Source: a candidate division FCPU426 bacterium
GTDB taxonomy: Bacteria; Oederibacteriota; JAAXVQ01; JAUVAV01
Direction: 5' to 3'
Length of the DNA stretch: 64,000 nt
Assembly: GCA_040756875.1 (NCBI GenBank)
Contig: JBFLYH010000001.1
Span: forward strand, 128,001-192,000
Of the stretch, positions 17,847 to 26,160 are shown one piece after another. The notes beneath the pieces were generated by a model that ran no database searches, was not told the origin of the DNA, and was given only the letters and a program-made list of their open reading frames with translations. A program made the translations under genes and the position numbers. How positions within the stretch are numbered: the stretch's first letter is position 1; the number at the start of each line of letters is the position of its first letter.

Positions 17847-18824
17847 GTGAAGGTCGCTCTCCTCTATAATCAGCCGCTGGCCCAGGCGCCGGATGCGGCC
17901 GACGTCCTGGACCAGGTCAAACTGGTGGAATCCGCCCTCAACCAGACCGGAACCGCCTGCCGCGTCTTCGCCCTGCCGCCGGACTGGCCGGGCGTCAAGC
18001 GTGAATGGGACGGTCTGACGGCTTATGCGCCGGATGTGGTGTTCAATCTGGTCGAAGCCCTGGGCGCGGACGCCCGCGGCCAGGCGCGCATCGCCGGCCT
18101 GCTGGAGTTAAGCGGATGGGCGTTCACGGGATCAGGCTCGCAGGCGCTCGTGCAAACCACGGACAAGGCCCTGACCAAGTCCGTGCTGGCGGCTTGCGGG
18201 TTGCCCACGCCCGCCTGGCAGGTCGTCCGCGAACTGCCGGGGCGGACCATCGTACCCGGCCCCTGGATCATTAAACCCCTGGCCGAGGACGCTTCCGTGG
18301 GCATCGATGAAGACGCGGTCGTCAGGAACGCTGGGGAGCTGATCCCGCGCCTGACCGACAAACTCAGCCGTTTCAGCGGCCAGGGCCTGCTGCTGGAAAC
18401 GTTTTTGGAAGGCCGGGAGTTCAATGTGTCTTTGCTGGAGCGCGTCCCCGGCCGGGTGGAAGCCCTGCCTCCGGCGGAAATTAAGTTCGAAGCCTGGCCC
18501 GCGGGCCAGCCGCGGCTCTTGACCTACCGCGCGAAGTGGGACCCCGCGGCATTCGAATACAGGCATACACCGCGCGCTTTCGTGCCGGCCGGCGCCCTGG
18601 CTGCCGAATTGCAGGACTTGGCCACCGCGTGCTGGCGTGCGTTCGGATTGAGGGGTTATGCGCGGGTGGATTTCCGTCAGGATCAGTCCGGGAAATTGTG
18701 GGTGCTGGAAGTGAACGCCAATCCCTGCCTGTCGCCGGATGCGGGCTTCATGGCTGCGGTCAAAGAACGGGGCTTAAGCCCGGGTGAGGCCATTCAAACG
18801 ATAATGGAAGCGGCCGCCTATTAA
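17847..18824 (+). CDS. ATP-grasp ligase, D-Ala-D-Ala-ligase-like family (copy 2)
   Basis: DKALTK, IIKPLAEDASVG, ETFLEGREF, YARVDFR, LEVNANP. Confidence 0.85.
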   Translation: MKVALLYNQPLAQAPDAADVLDQVKLVESALNQTGTACRVFALPPDWPGVKREWDGLTAYAPDVVFNLVEALGADARGQARIAGLLELSGWAFTGSGSQALVQTTDKALTKSVLAACGLPTPAWQVVRELPGRTIVPGPWIIKPLAEDASVGIDEDAVVRNAGELIPRLTDKLSRFSGQGLLLETFLEGREFNVSLLERVPGRVEALPPAEIKFEAWPAGQPRLLTYRAKWDPAAFEYRHTPRAFVPAGALAAELQDLATACWRAFGLRGYARVDFRQDQSGKLWVLEVNANPCLSPDAGFMAAVKERGLSPGEAIQTIMEAAAY

Positions 18825-19681
18825 TTCCCAAAAGCGATGTCGTCGAAGGTGAACGTGCCGGGATTGATCACCCGGAGATAGATGCTTCTGATCCGTGACA
18901 GGTCCACATCGGTGAAATCGCCCAGTTTCCAATGGACTTGTTTCCAGTTGTTCCGCGAGCTGGTGTCCACGGAAATCTGGGTCTGGCTCTTTCCACCGTC
19001 GTCCCACAGCGTCAGGTAGATCGGATCGTCCCCCTGCTCGTCGTAAACCCACACCCAGAACTCGTTCGCGCCCGCTAATTTAATGGTCAGGGCGCAGGGG
19101 AACACTCTGACCGTGCCGTTGTTGTCCTTAGGCATGATCTGCAGGGCCCGCTTGCCTTCGCTGACAAAGGTGGAGAAGTCCGGGCTGGAGCCGTTGACGT
19201 CCTGATAATACAATTCCGGCGTGCCGTTGCCTTCCTCGAAATTCTGGAAGCTGACCGGCGTGGGAGTAGGCGTGGGGGTGAGCGTGTTGGTGACGACCGG
19301 TGTAAAAGTGGCCGTGCGTGTCGCGGTGCGCGTGGCCGTGCGGGTGGTGGTGGCCGGCGGAGTCGATGTGCGCGTGGAAGTGGCCGTGGCTGTGGCAATG
19401 CCCGCCGGGGTGGGGGTGCCTGTGACCGGGACCGCGGGAGTGGCGGTGCTGCTCATGATGCCCGCCGGTGTGGACGTGGCAGACCGCGTGGCAGTAGACG
19501 ACGACCCTGGCAACGCCGGGACGGGCGTGCAGGAGGGTGTGGCCGTGGCCGAGACGATTGGCAAAGGCGCGATCGGCAGTTTGGGCTGCAACGGCGCTTG
19601 AATCTTGCTGCATGCCGCCACGGCCAGCAGGCAGGCGCAGGCCAGCACGCTGGTCAGACGCAATTGCTTGAGATTCTTCAT
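18821..19681 (-). CDS. Lipoprotein with long Thr/Pro-rich linker and C-terminal carbohydrate-binding-like beta-sandwich
   Basis: Lipobox VAAC; about 110 aa TAT/TP low-complexity; C-terminal FQNFEEGNGT...WKQVHW...FTFDDI. Confidence 0.75.
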   Translation of the reverse strand: MKNLKQLRLTSVLACACLLAVAACSKIQAPLQPKLPIAPLPIVSATATPSCTPVPALPGSSSTATRSATSTPAGIMSSTATPAVPVTGTPTPAGIATATATSTRTSTPPATTTRTATRTATRTATFTPVVTNTLTPTPTPTPVSFQNFEEGNGTPELYYQDVNGSSPDFSTFVSEGKRALQIMPKDNNGTVRVFPCALTIKLAGANEFWVWVYDEQGDDPIYLTLWDDGGKSQTQISVDTSSRNNWKQVHWKLGDFTDVDLSRIRSIYLRVINPGTFTFDDIAFGN

Positions 19682-19692
19682 GGTGCGTCCTC

Positions 19693-20352
19693 TCAGAAAC
19701 TTCCAAATCTTACGTCGTCAAAACGGAACGTGAGTCCTTGCGAATAGGGTTGGATCGTGAAATAAATGATATCGGTCAGATCGACGTCAAAGGGGCCCAG
19801 GTTCCAATAAATCATCGTCCATCCGCCGGGATTGGTGGCGGAAGCGGAGCCTACCATCTGCGATGATCCGCTCGAACTGGTCAGGATCATGTTGAAGCCC
19901 TGCTCGCCCACGGAATCGTTGACCATCATCCATATATTGGTGTGGCTGGACAGGTCGAGCGGCGAACTGGCCGGATAAATCCGCACCTGTCCGGGGGCGC
20001 CCACGCCGAATGAAACTTCCAGCGCCCGTGCGCCTTCATAGACCGTGGTGGTGAAGGCGGCGGTGCAGTTGACCAGGGAACCGTAATACGCTCCCTGGGT
20101 GCCGTTGCCGATTTCGAAATTTTGGAAATGGCCGACCGGCGTGGGCAGCGGAGTCGGGGTGTTGGCTGGCGTGGGAGCAGGCGTGCGGGTGAGGGTGGGC
20201 GTGGCCGTGCCCGGCGTGGCGATAGGCAGTGGGGTCAGGGGCACGGGCGCCAAGGGGGCAGGCACCCGCGTGCAGGACAAGGCCGTGCAGAAGACCAAAA
20301 CCGCACTGGCCAGGATGAAAAGCCCGGCTTGGATGAATGCGCGCCTATTCAT
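19693..20352 (-). CDS. Paralogous lipoprotein with short Thr/Pro linker and the same C-terminal domain
   Basis: Lipobox-like ALSC; FQNFEIGNGT...WTMIYW...FRFDDV aligns with the neighbour. Confidence 0.75.
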   Translation of the reverse strand: MNRRAFIQAGLFILASAVLVFCTALSCTRVPAPLAPVPLTPLPIATPGTATPTLTRTPAPTPANTPTPLPTPVGHFQNFEIGNGTQGAYYGSLVNCTAAFTTTVYEGARALEVSFGVGAPGQVRIYPASSPLDLSSHTNIWMMVNDSVGEQGFNMILTSSSGSSQMVGSASATNPGGWTMIYWNLGPFDVDLTDIIYFTIQPYSQGLTFRFDDVRFGSF

Positions 20353-20572
20353 TATATATCACCTCGCAAAACAGATGGGTTGGCGGGGAAAAATAGGAGA
20401 GGGAAAGCGGCGTCGTTTATTGGACTCTATTCTATCAAATTGCGTTCCTGTTTCCCAATGGGAAAACAGGCTTGGGTAGCGTATCCTGGGACCGGTCTTT
20501 TTCGGAACTCTCCGGATTGCTTTGCGCCGGAGTTTGGATATAATACAGGAAAACCCGGACAGGAGAGCCAAT

Positions 20573-21169
20573 ATGCCCAGACGCCTTGCGATCGAATCCG
20601 CCCCGCTGCCTCCGTTTTCGCCGGACACGGCTCCGCGGTTGCGGCCCGTGTGGTTTCTGGCCGCTGCGGCCGGGCACGCCGTTTACCTGGCAGTGTTTTA
20701 TTATCTGCTTTCAGTGGAAAACGCCTTCAATTTCAACAACAACTACCCGGTGCTGGGATTTCTCACCTGTCTGACGGTTTTAATCGCCCTGGCGATCCTG
20801 GTCCTGGCCGTGTCCGAGGCCCGGCCGTTGGCCGAAGGCCGCCCGGACCACTCCCAGACGACGTTTTTTTTCGTGGCCTCGCTGTCCCTGGTGGCCTTCC
20901 TCGTGCTGCCGGTCGTCTATTATTTCATGCTGCTGGATGATTTCGCCGTGACCGCCCGGCAATGGCTCTCAGCCGGCCTGGCGCTGGCCGCGATGTGGCT
21001 GGCCTGGCGGGGATGGTGGCGCCACCTGGCCTCGCCCCGCGGCCTGCTGGTCCGGGCCGGGTTCGGCCTGTTATGCGTAGTCTTGGTTTTGCTGATGATG
21101 AACATGCTCTGCGACGTGATCCCGACCCCTGCCGGCAACATTAAGGAAAACGTCCTGCTGCCGCTCTGA
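20573..21169 (+). CDS. Hypothetical 5-TM membrane protein
   Basis: ATG 20573 after AGGAGAG; five hydrophobic segments. Confidence 0.7.
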   Translation: MPRRLAIESAPLPPFSPDTAPRLRPVWFLAAAAGHAVYLAVFYYLLSVENAFNFNNNYPVLGFLTCLTVLIALAILVLAVSEARPLAEGRPDHSQTTFFFVASLSLVAFLVLPVVYYFMLLDDFAVTARQWLSAGLALAAMWLAWRGWWRHLASPRGLLVRAGFGLLCVVLVLLMMNMLCDVIPTPAGNIKENVLLPL

Positions 21170-21191
21170 ACCGGCGGCGAAAGGAAGACCC

Positions 21192-21329
21192 ATGGAACCG
21201 AACGACGACAGCCGGGCCTGGCGGCGGCGCCAGATCATCGAAGGCGTCCAAAAGATTCTTTCCGGCCTCTTCCGGCTGGGGCTGATGGCCCTGCTCCTGT
21301 ATTTGATCTTCAAGTATTTCGCCAAATGA
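21192..21329 (+). CDS. 45-aa single-TM small protein (below the ORF-track cutoff)
   Basis: MEPNDDSRAWRRRQIIEGVQKILSGLFRLGLMALLLYLIFKYFAK*; AAGGAAG RBS; TGA overlaps xerD ATG (ATGA). Confidence 0.65.
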   Translation: MEPNDDSRAWRRRQIIEGVQKILSGLFRLGLMALLLYLIFKYFAK

Positions 21330-22246
21330 AGGCGCCCGCTTCCGAATCCCGAAGAACCGCTTCTGATCCCGCCTGGCTGCAGGACTTTTTCAATTATTTG
21401 CGCGCGGAAAAAGGCTTGGCGCCATTGACCCTCTCGGCTTACCGGCAGGACATCGACCACTACCTGGGTTTTCTGGACGCCCGCCGCGTGGCGTTTGATC
21501 CCTGTCTGCCTCCGGACCGGGAGACGATCCAGCTTTTTCTGGCGCAACTTCAATCCCAGGCCAAGGCGTCGGCCACCATCGTGCGCGCGTTGGTGTCCCT
21601 GCGCTCCCTGCACCGGTTTCTCAAGGAGGAAGGCGTGGCGGAGCGAGACCCTACCGAGGATTTCGAGTCCTATCGGCTGTGGAAAAAACTGCCCTCGGTC
21701 TTGAGCGTGGACGAGGTGGGGCGGCTGCTCCGGGCGCCGGAACTGACGGCGCGCAACGGCTTGCGGGACCGGGCCATGCTGGAGCTGCTCTACGCCACCG
21801 GTTTGCGCGTTTCCGAACTGGTGTCGCTCCGGTCGGGCCAAATCAACTGGGAAGAAGGCTTCCTGCGCGTCCAGGGCAAGGGGCGCAGGGAACGGCTGGT
21901 GCCAATCGGAAGGCCGGCCCTGCTCCTGGCGCGGCGGTATCTGCAGGAACGCCCGCCGGCCGGAGACGAGGCGCCGTTGTTTATCGCCCGCGGCCAGCGC
22001 GGTTTCTCGCGGGTTGGTTTTTGGAAGCTGCTGCGCCGCTATGCCCGGCTGGCCGGAATCGAAAAGCACCTGTCACCCCATACGCTGCGGCATTCTTTTG
22101 CCACCCATTTGCTGGCAGGCGGAGCTGACTTGCGCCTGGTCCAGGAAATGCTCGGCCATGTCAACATCAGCACCACCCAGATCTACACCCACGTGGACCG
22201 CCGTCGCTTGCAGCAGGTGCACAAACAGTTCCATCCGCGACCATAG
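21326..22246 (+). CDS. xerD: Site-specific tyrosine recombinase XerD
   Basis: RDRAMLELLYATGLRVSEL, GKG, HTLRHSFATHLL, GADLRLVQEMLGH, TTQIYTHV, HPR terminus. Confidence 0.9.
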   Translation: MKAPASESRRTASDPAWLQDFFNYLRAEKGLAPLTLSAYRQDIDHYLGFLDARRVAFDPCLPPDRETIQLFLAQLQSQAKASATIVRALVSLRSLHRFLKEEGVAERDPTEDFESYRLWKKLPSVLSVDEVGRLLRAPELTARNGLRDRAMLELLYATGLRVSELVSLRSGQINWEEGFLRVQGKGRRERLVPIGRPALLLARRYLQERPPAGDEAPLFIARGQRGFSRVGFWKLLRRYARLAGIEKHLSPHTLRHSFATHLLAGGADLRLVQEMLGHVNISTTQIYTHVDRRRLQQVHKQFHPRP

Positions 22247-22281
22247 TATACCGGGACAACGGGTGGATCAGAGAGGGCCTG

Positions 22282-23445
22282 ATGAAAACCAAACCGTCCC
22301 ATCGCGAATCCGCCGATCTTGCCCCCCTGATGCGGGAGCGCTTGTCCGGCCCGGTTCTGGGACGGCTGCGCGCGGCCGGCAGGACAGCCGAACGCCAGGG
22401 CCTGAAAATTTATGCGGTGGGGGGATTTGTCCGGGACCTGCTGCTGGGCCGCCAGAACGAGGACGTGGATCTGGTGGTGGAAGGGCCGGGCATTGCCCTG
22501 GCCCGGCACTTTGCCCGGCAGTGGCGCGCAGAGGTGCGGGTCCATGAACGCTTCGGCACCGCCGCGCTCCGGCTCCCAGGAGGCGGGAAAGTGGATGTGG
22601 CCACGGCCCGCGCGGAAAGCTATCCCCAACCCGCGGCCCTGCCCCAGGTTTCAGCCGCGGGTCTCGAGCGGGATTTGCGCCGCCGGGATTTCACCGTCAA
22701 TGCCATGGCCATCCGGCTGGTTTCCGCGGCTTTTGGACAACTGGTCGATCCCCTGGCCGGAGCCGAGGACCTGGAAGCCGGCCTGATCCGCATTCTTCAT
22801 CCGCAAAGCTTCATCGACGATCCGACCCGCATCTTCCGGGCCGCGCGATTCGAACAGCGGTTCGGCTTCCGGCTGGAAGCGGAAACGGGCCGCTGTCTGG
22901 CGGCCGCCGTGGGCCTGGTCAGCCGGCTGTCCGGGCCGAGGGTCTTGCACGAAGTGCTGCTGGTGCTGGACGAGGCGCAGCCCGCCGGGATTCTCCGCCG
23001 CCTGTCCCAGCTCGGCGTGCTGGGACAAGTGCGTCCGGCCCTGGCAGACCCCGGCCGGCTGGCCCGGGGCTTCGACGCGGCGCTTCGGTCTCTTACGTAC
23101 GCGGACCGGCATCTGGGCCGGCCCGTGGACCGCCGCCTGGTGCTGCTGATGGCGTTGCTGGACGACCTGACCGTGGCCGAGGCCGAGGCCTGGGCGGCGC
23201 ATCATCAGCTTCCGCGCGGCCTGAAGTCCGTCCTGCTGCGGGAAAAAAGCCGGGGTGCTGCGGCCCGGCAGCAGCTGGCGTCCGGGCGCGAGGACGAGGT
23301 TGCCCGGGGCGCCGCTGTTTTCAAAACCCTGCCGGAAGAAGTGCTTCTCTTCGCAATGGCCAAAACCAGCGCCCTCCGGCCCGCCGAGCTTCTACGGAAA
23401 TTGCTGCGTGAACGCGGCGCAGTCCCTGCCCGCACGCATGCTTGA
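22282..23445 (+). CDS. Class II tRNA nucleotidyltransferase / poly(A) polymerase family protein
   Basis: VGGFVRDLLL, DVD, RRDFTVNA, SFIDDPTRIFRAARF. Confidence 0.88.
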   Translation: MKTKPSHRESADLAPLMRERLSGPVLGRLRAAGRTAERQGLKIYAVGGFVRDLLLGRQNEDVDLVVEGPGIALARHFARQWRAEVRVHERFGTAALRLPGGGKVDVATARAESYPQPAALPQVSAAGLERDLRRRDFTVNAMAIRLVSAAFGQLVDPLAGAEDLEAGLIRILHPQSFIDDPTRIFRAARFEQRFGFRLEAETGRCLAAAVGLVSRLSGPRVLHEVLLVLDEAQPAGILRRLSQLGVLGQVRPALADPGRLARGFDAALRSLTYADRHLGRPVDRRLVLLMALLDDLTVAEAEAWAAHHQLPRGLKSVLLREKSRGAAARQQLASGREDEVARGAAVFKTLPEEVLLFAMAKTSALRPAELLRKLLRERGAVPARTHA

Positions 23446-24598
23446 TCCGCGTCTGGTCCGATGGGTGCCGCGGCGCCTGCTGGCCTGGTTCCGCCGCCAC
23501 GCCCGGAAGCTTCCCTGGCGGTCCCATCCCCATCCCTACCGCGTTTGGATTTCGGAAATCATGCTGCAGCAAACCCAGGTGGCCACGGTCTTGCCGTATT
23601 ACCGGCGCTGGCTGCGCCGTTTTCCCACGGTTCGCAGCCTGGCGCAGGCCAGCCAGGGCGAGGTGCTCAAAGCCTGGGAGGGATTGGGTTATTATTCCCG
23701 CGCCCGGAATCTGCACCAGGCCGCCTGCCGCCTGGTCCGCACTAACCAGGGACGGCTGCCGGATACGGCCGCCGGGTGGCAAATGCTCCCGGGCATCGGT
23801 CCCTACACGGCCAATGCCATCGCGAGCATCAGCCGGCAGGAGCGCGTGCCCGTGGTGGACGGGAACGTGTCGCGCGTCTGGGCGAGATTCTTCAAGCTGG
23901 CCGGGAACCTGGAAGAGCCGGCTGTCCGCCGGCGATTGTGGGATCTGGCGGAGCGGCTGCTGCCGGCCGGGACTCCGGGCGATTTCAACCAGGCGGTCAT
24001 GGAACTGGGCGCCCTGGTCTGCCAACCCCGGAACCCCCGCTGCGCCGTCTGCCCGCTCTCGGCCCGCTGCCGGGCCAGGATCGCGGGGCAGCAGGAACGC
24101 TATCCCCGGCGCCGTCCGCGGCGCGCAGTTCCGCACCATGAAGTGGCGGCTGCGGTGATCAAACGCGGCGACCGCTATCTGCTCGGCCGGCGGCCTGACC
24201 GGGGGCTGTTGGGCGGATTGTGGGAGTTTCCGGGAGGCAAAACAGAGCCGGGCGAAACCCTGGGCCAGGCGCTCGAGCGGGAGCTTGAAGAGGAACTGGG
24301 GGTGCGCGCGCGGGCGGGCAGGGAGCTGGTGTCCGTGGACCACGCCTACACCCATTTCACCGTGACCGTGCACGCCCTGGCTTGCACGCTCGGCCGCCAA
24401 AAACCGCGGCTGAAGTTTCATCACGCCCTGCGCTGGGCCACGCTCGCGGATATGCGGCGGCTGGCTTTCCCGCGCGCCAACCATGCCATTATAGCTTTTC
24501 TACGGAAGGAACCTCGGAAGCGGAGTGCCCGGATCCGGACAACTGGCGTTCGGCCAGAAAGCGGTCATAGTCGGTTTCATTCGGCAAAGAGAGTGTAA
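23438..24598 (+). CDS. mutY: A/G-specific adenine glycosylase
   Basis: ISEIMLQQTQV, WEGLGYYSRARNL, HhH LPGIGPYTA, VDGNV, Fe-S Cx6Cx2Cx5C, C-terminal NUDIX-like domain. Confidence 0.95.
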   Translation: MLDPRLVRWVPRRLLAWFRRHARKLPWRSHPHPYRVWISEIMLQQTQVATVLPYYRRWLRRFPTVRSLAQASQGEVLKAWEGLGYYSRARNLHQAACRLVRTNQGRLPDTAAGWQMLPGIGPYTANAIASISRQERVPVVDGNVSRVWARFFKLAGNLEEPAVRRRLWDLAERLLPAGTPGDFNQAVMELGALVCQPRNPRCAVCPLSARCRARIAGQQERYPRRRPRRAVPHHEVAAAVIKRGDRYLLGRRPDRGLLGGLWEFPGGKTEPGETLGQALERELEEELGVRARAGRELVSVDHAYTHFTVTVHALACTLGRQKPRLKFHHALRWATLADMRRLAFPRANHAIIAFLRKEPRKRSARIRTTGVRPESGHSRFHSAKRV

Positions 24599-25772
24599 AG
24601 GTCGCCCCCCGGCCGGGCAGGGATTCGACCTGCAACGCGCCGCCGTGGTCTTCGGCGATTTTATGGCAAATGGCCAGGCCCAGGCCCGTGCCCTGGCCCA
24701 TAGGTTTGGTGGTAAAGAGCGGGCTCCAGATTTTATCCAGGGCCTCGGATGGGATGCCCGGCCCGTTGTCCTGCACGCTCAGGTGCAATTGGTTCTTGCT
24801 CGCGAAAATGCGGGCGGTAATCGACGGATCGGGGGTGCCGGCCAGGGCGTCCGCGGCATTGGCGATCAGATTGACCAGAATCTGGGTCACCTGCACGGGG
24901 TTGGCCTTGACCTGGAAGGGGATGTCCTGGGCTTCAACCTGGACTTGGCAGAGATGCTTGGTCTTGGGCAGGCAAATTTGGATGGCGTCGGCCAGGCATT
25001 GCTTGGGATCGAGCGCTTCGATCTTGCCGCCCTGGCCGTGCGACAGGGAGCGCATGCCATCCACGATGGCCCGCAACCGGCGGACCGCTTTTTCGGCATT
25101 CTCGATCATCTCCGCCACGTCCTGCGCCTGCGGTTGGTAACCGCCGCCCGGCTCGGGCAGTCCGGCCAGTTGCTGAAAAATCTTGCCCCCGAATTGGCGC
25201 CAGAAATGCTTCAGCAGGCCGAGGTTGCCCTGCACGATGGTCAGGGGATTGTTGATCTCATGGGCGATGCCCGCGGCCATGGTCCCCAGCACGATCATGC
25301 GGTCCGCGCGGACCAGTTGCTGGGCGCGCTCCTGGGCCAGTTGCTCCAGGTCCTGGGAATACTGGGTCAGGCGTTCGTTCGTGATTTTCAGGGCGTTTTC
25401 GTAATTCGCCACCCGCACGCCCACCGAAATCCTGCTTTTCAGTTCGTCCTTGTTGAATGGTTTGGTGATATAATCGTTCGCGCCCGCGTCCAAGCCGATG
25501 GTGATGTCTTCGGGGCGGTCGTTCGAGGTCACGAGGATGATATAGACGAAATTGCTGTCCTTGCGGGCGCGCTGGCGGCGGCAAATTTCGAGGCCGTCCA
25601 GTTCGGGCATCATCCAGTCCAACAGGGCGACATCCGGCTGAGGCGAGGTCGTCAGCAATTGCCAGGCTTCCGGACCGTTGTGCGCCAGTACGATTTCATA
25701 GCCGGAGTTTTTAAGTGAATTCTCCAGCAGGCGCAGGGTGATGGGATCATCATCGGCCAACAGTATTCGCAT
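24489..25772 (-). CDS. Hybrid receiver-histidine kinase (REC-HisKA-HATPase)
   Basis: MRILLADDD...LLDWMMP...KPF; AHEINNPL; NAADA, DNGPG, GTGLGL. Confidence 0.9.
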   Translation of the reverse strand: MRILLADDDPITLRLLENSLKNSGYEIVLAHNGPEAWQLLTTSPQPDVALLDWMMPELDGLEICRRQRARKDSNFVYIILVTSNDRPEDITIGLDAGANDYITKPFNKDELKSRISVGVRVANYENALKITNERLTQYSQDLEQLAQERAQQLVRADRMIVLGTMAAGIAHEINNPLTIVQGNLGLLKHFWRQFGGKIFQQLAGLPEPGGGYQPQAQDVAEMIENAEKAVRRLRAIVDGMRSLSHGQGGKIEALDPKQCLADAIQICLPKTKHLCQVQVEAQDIPFQVKANPVQVTQILVNLIANAADALAGTPDPSITARIFASKNQLHLSVQDNGPGIPSEALDKIWSPLFTTKPMGQGTGLGLAICHKIAEDHGGALQVESLPGRGATFTLSLPNETDYDRFLAERQLSGSGHSASEVPSVEKL

Positions 25773-26068
25773 GCTTGTTTCTCCCGGGAGTGCAAAGATC
25801 TCCCTCGTGAGTATCGGCCTAAACCGCCACGGACTAATGCTCCGTAATTGCGCCCAGGGTAGCCAAAGGCGGGATGTTGGAACGGAATGAAAGAGGCATA
25901 GCCTTTTGGCGAGTTGCAATTTGTAACAAGGTTAATTATAATCAGCAAAAATAAGGAAAGCAAATCGCGGTGGCCGTTTTTGGGCCATTCTGCGGGGGAG
26001 AACGGAAAACGATTTAGAAATAAGAGCTTTTCAGGTGAGCTGCAAAAAAATAATTCCCCCAAATGAAT

Positions 26069-26095
26069 GAACTTCACAAATTAAGATTGGTCTAA
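26069..26095 (+). promoter_or_regulatory. ECF (sigmaE/AlgU-type) promoter upstream of nifU
   Basis: GAACTT-N16-TCTAA, 65 bp before the nifU ATG. Confidence 0.6.
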
Positions 26096-26160
26096 TATAA
26101 TTGAATACTTATATTTGAACCAGAAGCGTTCCCGAGGGAACGGAACCGGAAGGAGCGGCC

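Noticed and set aside
16818-18824. Vancomycin-resistance or cell-wall D-Ala ligases
   Set aside because: They lack the Ddl/Van N-terminal motifs, and there are no vanH, vanX or mur neighbours
19221-19601. Val/Gly/Ala-repeat ORFs on the plus strand (also 20099..20479)
   Set aside because: They are reverse-complement translations of the Thr/Pro linkers
21326-22246. Tyrosine recombinase as a prophage or island integrase
   Set aside because: Size and motifs match housekeeping XerD; neighbours are core genes; no att repeats, tRNA or phage genes were seen
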